64,000 nt of DNA from Octopus vulgaris (Eukaryota): positions 63,116,001 to 63,180,000 of the forward strand of contig OX597827.1 in NCBI GenBank assembly GCA_951406725.2, in the 5' to 3' direction. A program made the position numbers and the translations under genes. The notes beneath the pieces were generated by a model, which was not told the DNA's origin, did not search any database, and was given only the letters and a program-made list of their open reading frames with translations. Shown one piece after another: positions 37,140 through 53,040 of this stretch. Positions within the stretch are counted from its first letter, which is position 1. Every line of letters starts with the position of its first letter.

Positions 37140-37531
37140 TTATATATAAAAGTAAGGTTGTGTCTGTCTACTCCGATTTAGATTCCTAACTACTCCCACA
37201 TTTTGCGGTGCAGTTTAACCAAAACCGGGTATCTTATAGTCGTGATTCATATCGAGCCCTTTTGGGTATTGGCGCGCGTCTACGACGAGTCTACAATTTT
37301 GAAAATAATTTACCATCATTTTTTCCATTTTAATGCATATTCTTTTTAAATATAAGGGAAGTAACTCTCTAAAAATGTCTACGATGAGTCAACGATTTTT
37401 AAAAAATATTTACCATCATACTTTTTTCCATTTTTAATGCATTTTTTTGCTATTTTTTGGCTATAACTCTCTAAAAATGCTTTATAGTTATTTCCCTTAC
37501 AAACCCGAGCAACGCCGGGCGATACTGCTAG
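37137..37531 (+). mobile_element. Non-autonomous Helitron in (TA)n
   Basis: 5' TCTTTATATATAAA, 3' cccgagcaacgccgggcgatactgCTAG, A|T insertion site. Confidence 0.85.
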
Positions 37532-37789
37532 TATATATATATATATTTATTACTGGATATTCATGAATGATATTGGCGTATCAGACTGAAACACGCCGGA
37601 AATGAGCTAAAGAGAATGACGGAAAACAAGACAGTTAAATAATTCATTATCATAGCACGGAATGTCTCAGTGGAAAGAAGTCTGTTGTTAGGTAATGCAA
37701 AACGCCAATAGTATCCAAAGTATCCAGCTTGTTCATACGTTTATTTGATCAGCCTGATGAGTTGAGAGCTACACACAACACAAACTTAC

Positions 37790-37970
37790 ACACACACACA
37801 CATACACACACACAAGTATGACCAGTTTCCACTATTAAATTTACTCGCAGAGCATTTGTCGGCCGGTGTTATGGTAGACACATCCACGTTATCACACACA
37901 GTGGGGCTGAACCCAAAACCACGTGGTTGCAAAGCAAGTATCTTAACCACACATCCACACCTGTGCCTAT
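37790..37970 (-). mobile_element. Degenerate SINE family A head
   Basis: cagtggggctgaaccc...acgtggttg. Confidence 0.6.
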
Positions 37971-38779
37971 CAATGTAGTCGGACGTACAAGACGTGAATG
38001 TCCAAATGTCCCAAATGGAAAGCATTTAATCGTGTGTCTACTCGATCAGAGCTGATTAACACATGATGGATGATATCGGAAGGAAGTAAGTTCAATTTCG
38101 ATCGAATGATTCCACGACCTGGTTCTGTTAGATTTGCATTTTTTATTTTTTTGTTGTAGTTTAAAAATTCTTTTTTTTTAATTTATTATTTCTTTTACAT
38201 TTTTTTTTTTGCTTTGGATTTTGGTATTGTTTTTTTTTAAACTTTTGTGCGTAAGTCTATAATTACATTTCCCATTGCTACCTCGGCTATAATTCCATGG
38301 AGGATGTTTTGTATCCATTGGGATATCTACATGAAACTATGGTATAGATTTAATTATAGAGTTAGCTAAACAGAGAGAAGACAAGCGAAAATGGCAGAAA
38401 GAAGAAAGAAGAAAGACAAGAGGGGAAACGATAACGCAGACATAGATTAAGAGGAAGAGAAAGTGGGCGAGAGAGGACGAAAAAGAGAGAGAGAGAGACA
38501 AAACAGAGAGATAACGCAGAAACAGATGAAGAAGAGAGATGGAATAAAAACATCCCTGTCATTACATGCGTCTATGTTTTCACTAAAATGGAACTGGAGA
38601 TGTACAAGTGTAAGACTGATGAAGGGTATACAGGAAGGACGTGCATAGCTATACACACAGACGCACAGACACTGGTATACACGCACCTATATCTGCACAA
38701 ATGTAAAGAAAGAGAAAGAGAGAGAGAGACAGAGAGTGATTAAAACGCAAGATTGATGCACATTCACTCACTTTGTTTC

Positions 38780-41820
<3,041 letters not shown>

Positions 41821-42147
41821 TTATGTATTCACAGCTGTATTTGTACATAAGTGTATATATGTACGAATGTTTGTGTTAGTATGAATGGCTGTTTAAAGAA
41901 ATTAGAAGACACGTAGGCATACAAATACCTGCACATGTATGTATATTTTTGCACTCTTTTGCATATGTATGCACATATATGCAGTTTTAAAACAGTACAG
42001 TTTACGTAGCGCTTTTCGGCAAAAAAAAAAATATTGCTTCCATAATCGACCGACATCATCATCACCGCAAATATGAGCAAAAATAGCCAGCAATAGTAAA
42101 ACATATACTAATAACATTTTCATAATAATCCACAATTTACATTATTT

Positions 42148-42283
42148 ACATCACCACCACCATCATCATCATCATCATTGTCATCGACTTAGTCATCATC
42201 TTCATCATCATCATCATCAACTTCATCCTCATCACCTACATTACCATCATCATCATCATCACATCATCATCATCATCATCATC

Positions 42284-42326
<43 letters not shown>

Positions 42327-42445
42327 GCATCATCATCAACACCATCATCAACTTCCTTATCATCATCATCATCATTATCATAATCAACTTCATCATCACC
42401 ACCAGCACCATCATTGTCATCATCATCATCAGCAGCAGCAGCATC
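42148..42445. repeat. Imperfect (CAT)n
   Basis: Direct. Confidence 0.9.
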
Positions 42446-42624
42446 TTTGATTAATACGGTAGCGTTCGTTATGCAATAAGATAACAACGATTACGTGATG
42501 AACATCGTCGCCGATGTCGCTTACGATAATCTTTATCTCAGATATTACAGGATTAGTCTATGATCAGATTATAATAGACTAAGTTAGTCCGTCATCGTGT
42601 TTTCAACACATCACTTATTTGTTC

Positions 42625-42920
42625 TTTCTCAAGTCATGCCTAGCACATAAGGGCCGGTTTCCCGGTTTCCTTGGCGTATAGGTTCCCCAACTGGACGGGA
42701 CGCCGGTCCGTCGCAGGTGAGCTGCAAGATGCAGGAGGAAAGAGTGAGAGAAAGTTGTGGCGAAAAAGTCAGCAGAAGTTCGCCATTATCTTCGACCGGA
42801 GCCGCGTGGAGCTTAGGTGTTTCGCTCATAAACACACACATCGGCCGGTCTGAGATTCGAACCAGCGATCCCTCGACCGCGAGTCTGCTACTCTAACCAC
42901 TAGGTCATGTGCCTCCACAT
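42625..42920 (-). mobile_element. tRNA-derived SINE family C
   Basis: Minus: ggaggcacatgacctagtggttagag...ggttcgaatctc; central ctgcgacggaccggcgtcccgtccag resembles a V-SINE-type domain. Confidence 0.8.
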
Positions 42921-43139
42921 CACTTACCGTATCGTATCTGGGCAAGAATTCTCACTCCTCGAAACAATGATATTTGTCACCATGTTTATTAGATTTTAGA
43001 GATCATAGGCATAAACTCAGTGCTTTTGGCAACGTCCGAATTGGTTACATTTATTTTCCCTTAGAACTTTGTGAATGATTTGAGTACAATGTTTTCTTCG
43101 TATATTTCTTTTAGATATTAATGGCACAGGTGCGGATAT

Positions 43140-43494
43140 AAGCGCAAGCGAGGTAGTACGGTAAGAAGTTTGCTTCGAGAATAAATGGTTCAGCTTTCAG
43201 TGGCAGGACTTAGTACGTTGGGCAAAGGTTTTCTTCTATGGTCCCTGGCCGACTAAAGCTTTGTAAGAGCATATGATAGCCAGAAATGGAAAGGATCCCG
43301 TCACGTATATGCGTGTGTATGTGTGTATATATATATATATTCTTATATATAATAGGCGCAGGAGTGGCTGTATGGTAAGTAGCTGCTTACCAGCCATGGG
43401 TTCAGTCCCATTGCGCGGCACCTTCTACTATAGCTTCGGCCGACCAAAGCCTTGTGAGTAGATTTGGCAGACAGAAACTGAAAGAAGCCCGTTG

Positions 43495-43570
<76 letters not shown>

Positions 43571-43760
43571 TGTGTTTGTCCCCCCAACATCGCTCGACAA
43601 CCGATGCTAGTGTGTTTACGTCCTAGTAACTTAGCGATTCGGTACAAGAGACCCGTAGATAAAAAAAAATTTCTAAGTGTCGATTCCTTCGACTAAAACT
43701 TTTTCAATGCGTTGCTCCAGCATGACCGCACTCCAATGACTGAAACAAGTAAAGGCCGAA
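43140..43760 (+). mobile_element. SINE family A: degenerate head (43140-43310) plus full copy (43354-43760)
   Basis: Family match. Confidence 0.8.
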
Positions 43761-43879
43761 AGTTGATGTTACCATGCGGTCTTCCGTTCGTCTTCACGTT
43801 CCACGTCCAAGCTATTTATGGAAAAAGACGAAGTTGGTCCTATATCCAAACTTCTATCGTTACTTTCATTTGACAAAGC

Positions 43880-44490
43880 TCATGCGTCTTGTTTGCGTGT
43901 GTACGTGTGCCTGCGGATTCGTATGATTATGTGTGTGGGGGGATTGTGTGTGCGTGTGAGTGTGTGAATTTGTGTGTTTGTGTACGTGTGAGAATGCGTT
44001 TGTGTATATGTGCGTGTGTGAATGTGTGTGTGTGTGTGTGAATTTCGGTGTGTGTGTATGCGCGCATGAATTTGTATGGGTGTGTGTGTGGTGTGAATCT
44101 GTGTGCGTGTGTGTGCGTGTAGGAATGTGTGTGTGTATGTGCATGTGTTAATTTGTGTGTGTATGTGAATTTGTGTATGTGTGTGTGAATTTGTGTATGT
44201 GTGTGTGTGGATTTGGGTGTGTACGTGAATTTGTGTATGCGCGCGTGAATTAGTGTGTGCCTGCGTGGTGTGTGAATCTGTGTGCGTGTAGGAATGTGTG
44301 TGTGTGTATGTGCATGTGTGAATTTGTGTGTGTGTGTGTGTATATATATATGCGCGCGTGAATTTGTGTGTGCGTGTGTTGTATGTGAATCTGTTTACGT
44401 GTAGGAATGTGTGTCTGTATGTGCATGTGTGAATTTGTGTGTGTGTGTGTGCATGTATGTGTGTGTGTGAGTGATTCTGTATGTGTGTAC
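43880..44490. repeat. (GT)-derived minisatellite punctuated by GAATTT/GAATCT
   Basis: gtgaatttgtgt recurs many times; block gtgaatctgt..cgtgtaggaatgtgtg..tatgtgcatgtgt occurs three times. Confidence 0.8.
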
Positions 44491-44979
44491 GTTGTTATTG
44501 TTGTTCTTTCTATTCTCTGTGCCAAAAGTATTGCCAGAATCGTTCTGAAGAGAGAAACCTTCCTCTCTTAATTTACATGGATTTTTTATAAAAGCATTGT
44601 TTGTTTTTTTTCTATTTTCATCCGTGTTTAGAACCCTTAGAGACGCATTCAGATTCAAATAATGTAGATTTTAGTGGATGTTGTGAGTTGTTGTCATTTT
44701 ATACATGTCTGTAAACAAGTTAAGCGAAAAATATAATTTGTCTAATAAGAGCGCCCATTTCTAGCCATCTGAAAGCAGTATGGGCAAACTTCCAATGCTG
44801 CAATAACTTCCTGTATGAAACTAATCCAAGCAAAAATCATCCTTTCATGCCAGTTTAGAGCTGTTAGGATCCAACCTCGAGGGACGAAATGAGAAACATG
44901 TCTGAACAGGTCAGCAACAAACAGCAAACAACAACAACAACAATAGCAGCAGTAGTAACAACAAAACCAACTGCAATGA

Positions 44980-44990
44980 AAATAGTAATG

Positions 44991-45066
<76 letters not shown>

Positions 45067-45107
45067 TAATAATAATAATTAAAATAATAATAATAATAAT
45101 AATAATA

Positions 45108-45189
<82 letters not shown>

Positions 45190-45375
45190 TGCATGTGCAT
45201 GTGCCTAGTGTACCCTTATCAGACGAGTAATCATGATGGGTATACTGGGCTTCGTATATTTTACCCCAGTGTCACTTTGATGGCATGCCCTTCTCTCTCA
45301 CTCAATAATAATGATAATAGTAATAATCATCATCATCATCATCATCATAATAATAATAATAATAATAATAATAAA
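44980..45375. repeat. (AAT)n array containing a 113 bp retroposon 3' tip (45190-45303)
   Basis: Matches about 31922-32030. Confidence 0.8.
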
Positions 45376-45723
45376 ATGGAAAATTAGTATAAAAGATGGG
45401 CTACAGCAAATATTCTGCTCAATACCACAGATTTGCTTGTCAGTTGTTTGACCTTAACCAGTTGAGCATGTCCCTTAGTGGCTGACGATATTGGGGGACC
45501 TTTTGAGCGGGATGGGTTACTCGATCAGAAGAAAATTCTAACTGGGCCCCACCTTCAAGGTCATGTGCTGTTTATCTTGATGCTGGGCTCATTAGCTTTT
45601 CAATGGCAGTCAGCCACTCTGGTTTCAAAACCAGAGGAGTAAGGCCTCTCTCGCCTTGCTGGTAAATCTTGCTAGAGATGGTCTCTCAATAAATATACCG
45701 GTTGGTGGTAACCTGAAAACGCA

Positions 45724-45954
45724 GGCGGCGAGCTGGCAGAATCGTTAGAACGCCGGGCGAAATGCTTAGCGGTATTTCGTCTGCCGCTACGTTCTGAGTT
45801 CAAATTCCGCCGAGGTCGACTTTGCCTTTCATCCTTTCGGGGTCGATTAAATAAGTACCAGTTACGCACTGGTGTCGATATAAACGACTTAATCCATTTG
45901 TCTGTCCTTGTATGTCCCTTCTGTGTTTAGTCCCTTGTGGGTAGTAAAGAAATA
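45724..45954 (+). mobile_element. SINE family B, full length, 17 bp TSD
   Basis: ggtaacctgaaaacgca at 45707-45723 and 45955-45971. Confidence 0.93.
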
Positions 45955-46398
45955 GGTAACCTGAAAACGCACCTCATTTATGAGTGAATATAGCTAACGG
46001 TAATGGTGAAAATAAAGGAAAATAGCTAACGACAATGGGGTGAACTGGACTGGAACAGATGATAAAAGTGCCACAGCCAGCACCTTGACAAAAAATTAAA
46101 GATATTCAATTTATTATTTTGCTACCAAAAGCGGAAATATGCAAATTATACTGTCCACTAATGTACTAGCGTAACTTATGATTGCTTTCTATAACAACTT
46201 ATGCTAATGAGGACAGAATGAAGTCATCTTAACTCAGCGATAGGAAATAAACTGTACAACATACTTCAGGAGATCCCTCACTGTCTTTTTATAGGCCAAC
46301 AATAATTTTAAAATGGCATGTTTACATTTTTAATTAACTCACTATGAGGTTTTATTAAATTTGTAATTATTTCATTTCTGATAATAACTATTGTTTTT

Positions 46399-46575
46399 CA
46401 TGACATATATTCGCCATTTAAATATGGCTAACCCCTAAGGGTGGATGCTACTGTAGTTTGTAGCCCCAGGAGGACACCTCCTCCAGCTGGCTATAGGTGT
46501 CATCCTGGGGCTACAAACTACAGTAGCATCCACCCTTAGAGGTTAGCCATATTTAAATGGCAAATATACGTCACG
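46399..46575. repeat. Near-perfect 177 bp palindrome (MITE-like or hairpin)
   Basis: gccatttaaatatggctaacccctaagggtggatgctactgtagtttgtagccccagga is inverted across a ~15 nt loop. Confidence 0.9.
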
Positions 46576-47489
46576 ATGTGTTGCAGCTACTGTTTATAAC
46601 TCGCTCTAAGATTTATTATTTATTGTTTTTCACTTAAGCAAGAAGGGCTGAAATTTGTGACAGAATTGTGACTTAAATCAACTGAAGATTTGATTTCTAA
46701 TCATACGACATTTTATCAACACTACGAGGATGAAAGGTAAAAGTTACCTCACCAGACTTTGTACTCAGCATGACATACGGACACGCGATGATTAACTATA
46801 TATATGATCATATATTATATAACAATATAATGAACAATATTATAAGTCAGTTGTTATTGAGCAGAAAGCTACAGGAATGACACCATTAGAGAAGTTAACG
46901 AAAGCGTATATTATCTTATGTATAAGTTGTGCAACCGTAATAATGCACAACCACGACTTTACAGACATTGACAGATTGTCTTTGAGGACAGATATACAAA
47001 AATAAGAAAAGAAATGTGTGTTTTTCAAAGCACTTATTTAATTTTAAAAATGTTTGTTTATTTATAAATTTTTAACGATGTCTTCTTTTTCGTTTGACAT
47101 AGCGTTGAGAGGTAATATCGAACAAGGAAGTAGCAGCCATGACGTCCCCCAAGTGTCTTGAAAATGTTTTCGAAAATTTTGTAAACAAAAACAGCTTTTA
47201 TTTTATTTCTCATATTATTTTGTTGTTGCAAATTTACAAACAAGAAGGAAAAAATAATATTTAAACAATCAAGTAGAGACATACGTTATAGTAAAAACTA
47301 CAGTTGTTACAAAAGGGAATTAAACACAAAGGAAACGGTAAAGGCTGTAAGTCCTTCACTAATCTGCAAATAAGGAGTTTTGTATTTGTCTAAACTCTCA
47401 GGAAAATGAATTGTGGGGCAGGCGTCTTCTTCTTTACTAACTTGATGACTTAAACCCCATCCACCCCATGAACGAGAAAACTGGAATAA

Positions 47490-48110
<621 letters not shown>

Positions 48111-48279
48111 AGAAAGAAATTAACGATAAAGGAAGATGACTCTGTCTGTGCAGCTTAACAGATCCTTCAGTATTATGTGGTAATTCTGGTTGTCAAGCGG
48201 TGGTGGGAGACAAATACACACACGCGCGCTCATACAACCACACACACCTACACACATGCACCTCCCACCATATATATAT

Positions 48280-48482
48280 GTGATCGCGTGTGTATCATTG
48301 GCGATTTTCTTTCTCCGTCTTCCCTTCCTTGGATCTTTCCGTTTCCTATGTTTTTGACGAAGAGCTCCGCTCGAAACGTTAAATCTTCCTTCGTTCTTTC
48401 CTTTCCTGAGCGTCCAATAACACTATACTTGTTCCACGTACTCGTGTTGTTAGGTTTTCTATTTGTTCATGTTTGGATTGAC
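48280..48482 (+). mobile_element. Short hammerhead-bearing element between (TA)n runs
   Basis: ttt-TTGACGA-a-gagc tcc gctc-GAAA-cg-TT-aaa at 48351-48383; same layout as the 33220 and 57375 elements. Confidence 0.7.
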
Positions 48483-48506
48483 TATATATATATATATATA
48501 TATATT

Positions 48507-48638
48507 GCGAACCACATGGTTCCGGGTTCAGTCCCACCCACTTCGTGGCACCTTGGTCAAATGTCTTCTACTATAGTCTCGGGCCAACCAAAGCCTTGTG
48601 AGTGGATTTGGTAGACGGAAACTGAAAAAAGCCCATCG

Positions 48639-48677
<39 letters not shown>

Positions 48678-48897
48678 ATGTCTGTGCGCCTGTGTTTGTC
48701 CCCACACCATCGCTTGACAACCGATGCTGGTGTGTTTACGTCCCCGTAACTTAGCGGTTCTGCAAAACAGAACAATAGAATAAGTACTAGGCCTACAAAG
48801 AATAAGTCCTGGGGTCGATTTTCTCGACTAAAGGTGGTGCTCCAGCATGGCCGCAGTTAAATGACTGAAACAAATAGAAGAATAAAAGACTAAAAGA

Positions 48898-48937
<40 letters not shown>

Positions 48938-49075
48938 GAGGGTAACCTTTCAGTTTCTGTTTACCAAACTCTCTTAAAGGTTTTGGTCGGTTCCACTTGC
49001 CCAATGTGTCATGCAATGCAATTGAGGCCGGAATTTTGTGGTTGGGAAACAAACTTCTTACCATACAGCTACGCC
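48507..49075. mobile_element. SINE family A (+, 48507-48895) and degenerate head (-, 48935-49075)
   Basis: Family match. Confidence 0.8.
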
Positions 49076-49729
49076 TTTCTCATTCTTTTTACCATTTTTT
49101 CTATTTATTATGCAAATTTATCAAAGACGCGCAGTATATTCCAGCTGACATTAGCAATGTTCTTCTCCAATTTTATGCTTCACAACAACAGTACCGCGTT
49201 CCCAATCGTTGAATTTTGACGCAACGAAAAAAGATTCTTTCTTCTGCTTATAGATATCCAACGACTCGATGGTAAGTGTTGCAACTATTCACATTTTACA
49301 AACTTGCTATTCCCCGTTTTACATTTGAATAATGAGTTAGCTGAATTCCACGTCTATGGTTTTTCTCCTTCGTCATACACGCATAGGAAGTATTCAAAAA
49401 GTTCCGATCGTGGTTTTAGTAATTCTGTGGTCCATTGAGAATCTAGAAGTCTACTGTATATAGCAAGTACGTTCCGTGTTCCATAGTCCTAGCTCTGTCA
49501 AAATATGTTCATAAATCACGTTAACAGTTTCTTGGTTACTGAATTACTAATAGTTCAGTAGTAGAAATAGCTTGTGTGTCTGCAACTGAGGAATCAGGTG
49601 AAGAATTGGTTGCAGAAGTGGAAATAAGCGTTGTATTGTTGAAAAATCAGTAACTGCTGTCGCAGGTGTGAAAAGAGACGATTACACTGGAATTGCGCAA
49701 ACGTTTCCTTTTTTTCCTCTGCATCAATA

Positions 49730-49896
49730 GGCGTAGGAGTGGCTGTGTGGTAAGTAGCTTGCTTACGAACCTCGTGGTTCCGGGTTCAGTTCCACTGCGT
49801 GGCACTTTGGGCAAATGTCTTCTACTCTAGCCTCGGGCCACCAGAGTCTTGTAAGTGGATTTGGTAGACGGAAACTGAAAGCAGCCCGTCGTGTCG

Positions 49897-49952
<56 letters not shown>

Positions 49953-50292
49953 AAATAGAAAGATGAATAATCTTGTTGCAGATTAATCAAAAGTTTAACC
50001 GATACCTTGGTAGCAAAAATCACAGCAGAAGACAGCACGGTTGGAGGTACAACCATATGGTGTTGCAACCGTGCGTTGGTGCGGATAATTGAATTTTAAT
50101 ATTATTAGTGAATTGAAGAAATGGAGTTGAACGAAGATTGAACAGAAATCGTTTTATTGCATTCTACACGTGACACAATATGGTCTCATTATTCAATCGG
50201 AATTTGGTAAATTGTGCCTTTCGAAACACGTGTAGAATGCAATAAAACGATTTCTGTTCAATCTTCGTTCAACTCCATTTCTTCAATTCACT

Positions 50293-50348
<56 letters not shown>

Positions 50349-50575
50349 GGGTGTATATATGTTTGTGTGTCTGTTTGTCCCCCCAACATCGCTTGACAAC
50401 CGATGCTGGTGTGTATACGTCATCGTAACTTAGTGTTTCGGCAAAAGAGACCGATAGAACAAGTACTAAGCTTACAAAGAATAAGTCCTGTGGTCGATTT
50501 GCTCGACTAAAGGCGATGCTCCAGCATGGCCACAGTCAAATGACTGAAAGAAGTAAAAGAGTAATGAGTAAAAGA
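49730..50575 (+). mobile_element. SINE family A split by a ~350 bp insert in its internal (TA)n
   Basis: Head 49730-49897, tail 50360-50575. Confidence 0.85.
50099..50300. mobile_element. 74 bp perfect inverted repeat with the 3' half of a hammerhead
   Basis: 50099-50172 is the reverse complement of 50227-50300; GAAA-cacgtg-TA-gaat starts at 50223. Confidence 0.8.
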
Positions 50576-50643
50576 GTATCTCTTTTCCTTTTTCAGTACT
50601 CTACTAGCATACGTACATTTCGATTAAGCAACAAACAAAATTA

Positions 50644-50860
50644 CGAGAAGGTGGTGAAAGATACTTACCTTTAACGGTATCACGAAAGGCTTGGCTGGAG
50701 GCCCAAGATTCCGAGTTCTTTTACAGGACTTAGAATAACTGACAGGCCGCTGTAATAAGTTTGAGACTATGAGAGGGGAATATGTTGAATAAAATCATAA
50801 TTCACTGACATTCCTGTATATTCTTTTACGAAAGCCAGGAAATTTTCAGTACCCACCTCG
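50644..50860. mobile_element. Mariner-type MITE
   Basis: TA-cgagaaggtggtgaaa ... tttcagtacccacctcg-TA, imperfect TIRs. Confidence 0.65.
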
Positions 50861-50879
50861 TATATACATTTTATATATG

Positions 50880-50951
<72 letters not shown>

Positions 50952-50954
<3 letters not shown>

Positions 50955-51848
50955 GGGTTGGACAAAATAATAGAAACACCTTAAAATTTATTTTAATATC
51001 GGGTAAGACTATCTTTTGCAGTAATTACCGCTGGAATTCTACGAGGTATGGACTCGTACAAAGTTTGAATTGTTCCCAAAGGAATTTTTGTCCATTCTTC
51101 AGCTAAAACAGTCTCCAGTTCTTGTAGTGATGATGGTCGAAGATATCGACTCGTTACTTGTTTTCCTAAAATGCACCATAAATATGCAGCCGGTGGTCGG
51201 AAATAAAGTAAAGGATGGATCGTCCGAGAAAATAGCATTCTTCCACTGCTCTAGGGACCAATTCTGTAGGTTTGTACTCCATTCTAAACACTTTGCAACG
51301 TTTGTTTTTGAAAGTAGTGGTATTTGCAGCCCTCCCGTGAAATCCAGCCTTGTGCAGCTCCCGGCGAACAGTTTTGTGGAAACTGGGTTCTCGAGGTTGT
51401 CATTAAGCTCTGCAGTAATTTTGGATGTTGTACTTTTGTGATAATTTTTCTACAATTGGCGTGAAAGTCCAACGTCCTTATCTGAAAGTTTTAGTTTTCT
51501 TCTGGAGTTTTGTTTCAACGAGGATGTATTTTCCTCTTTCTCACAGGCTGTCATTACATTCGAGACAGTTCCTCTTGATACACCAAATATTTCGGCTGTT
51601 TCGTTATGCTAGCCCCTACCAACAATTTGACTTCTTTGAAAGTCCGATAGATCTATCATTTGAATAAATTTTAATTACCTTTTTCTGATGATATCTGAAA
51701 AGAAACAGCAATTTTAGCAAAACATATTCAGCAACACTAATAATAAATAAAAAAAAACATAAAAATAAACAAGCATTTGACGGTTTTATAAATATTTTAA
51801 AATTATGATACTATGATGCTAGGTGTTTCCAATATTTTGTCAAACCCC

Positions 51849-51850
<2 letters not shown>
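50952..51850 (-). mobile_element. Internally deleted Tc1 transposon
   Basis: TIRs caggggttggacaaaataatagaaacacc / ggtgtttccaatattttgtcaaaccccgg in (TA)n; transposase remnants WKNAIFSDD and LQELETVLAEEWTKIP...SIPRRIPAVITAK; mid-catalytic region missing. Confidence 0.9.
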
Positions 51851-51886
<36 letters not shown>

Positions 51887-51903
51887 TAGATAGATATATA
51901 GAT

Positions 51904-51950
<47 letters not shown>

Positions 51951-51962
51951 TGTATGTACATG

Positions 51963-52024
<62 letters not shown>

Positions 52025-52227
52025 CATACATACGTACATATATATGTGTGTGTGTGTATGTACGCATATATATAGATAGATATAGTTATTACGGAGATGT
52101 ACTTGCATAGCAAGTGACCTGATCTGAGATCGTATACTGGAACGAAAATAATTGCAGCGTGGAAAGTGTTTATAAGCCATTTAAGAAACACACAAAATCC
52201 GTTAGATTCACTTCAACATTTAAATTT

Positions 52228-52283
52228 AATTTGTCAAAATATTTTCGTTGCTTTGAAACGGCGACCTGTTCACTGACAAAATT
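52228..52283 (-). ncRNA. Hammerhead-fold variant with G3:C8 core
   Basis: Minus: tttgtca-GTGAACA-g-gtcgc cgtttcaaa gcaac-GAAA-atat-TT-tgacaaa. Confidence 0.65.
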
Positions 52284-52539
52284 CCGTGCTTTATTTAAAG
52301 GACACAATATATGTATTAAAGCGCTACTAATAGTTTCATATGTTGAATGAACTCAAACATATTCTTCGGGCGCAAACCATATATCATAACGTATTAAAAA
52401 CTTGAATAATTAGAAGAAAGGCAATGAAGCTGAGAATGTAGTATATAGAAAACGCAGACAATAAACAACGGAAAACGAAAAAACGGAAAACGAAACTAAA
52501 ATGTCAAAAGGTAAAAATGTGCTATCCTCCTTTATTAAG

Positions 52540-53040
52540 TAGCAGTTACGCACTGGGGTCGATGTAATCGACTTAATCCCGTTGTCTGTCCTTGTTTGTC
52601 CCCTCTATGTTTAGCCCCTTGTGGGCAATAAAGAAATAAGAAACGTTAGCACGCCCGGCGAAATGCTTTGCGGTATTTCGTTCGCCGCTACGTTCTGAGT
52701 TCAAATTCCGCCGAGGTCGACTTTGCCTTTCATCCTTTCGGGGTCGATAAATTAAGTACCAGTTACGCACTGGCGTCGATATAATCGACTTAATCCCTTT
52801 GTCTGTCTTTGTGTGTCCTCTCTGTCTTTAGCCCCTTGTGGGTAGTAAAGAAATAGGTATTTCATCTGCTGCTATGTTCTGAGTTCAAATTCCGCCGAGG
52901 TCGACTTTGCCTTTCATCCTTTCGGGGTCGATAAATTAAGTACCAGTTACGCACTGGAGTCGATATAATCGACTTAATCCGTTTGTCTGTCCTTGTTTGT
53001 CCTCTCTATGTTTAGCCCCTTGTGGGCAATAAAGAAATAA
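52540..53040 (+). mobile_element. SINE family B head-to-tail trimer
   Basis: Three 3' ends gtggg(c/t)a(a/g)taaagaaata near 52640, 52855 and 53040. Confidence 0.9.

Noticed and set aside
37575-37770. gactGAAAcacgcc and cagcCTGATGAg motifs
   Set aside because: Order and pairing do not give a closed hammerhead.
44740-44900. Coding-like segment before the AAT array as a LINE end
   Set aside because: No diagnostic motif recognised.
45724-45810. SINE heads as functional tRNA genes
   Set aside because: A and B boxes run into SINE bodies with TSDs; no complete cloverleaf.
49200-49720. Unique segment as exon or LINE ORF1
   Set aside because: Multiple stops, no recognisable domain or splice evidence.
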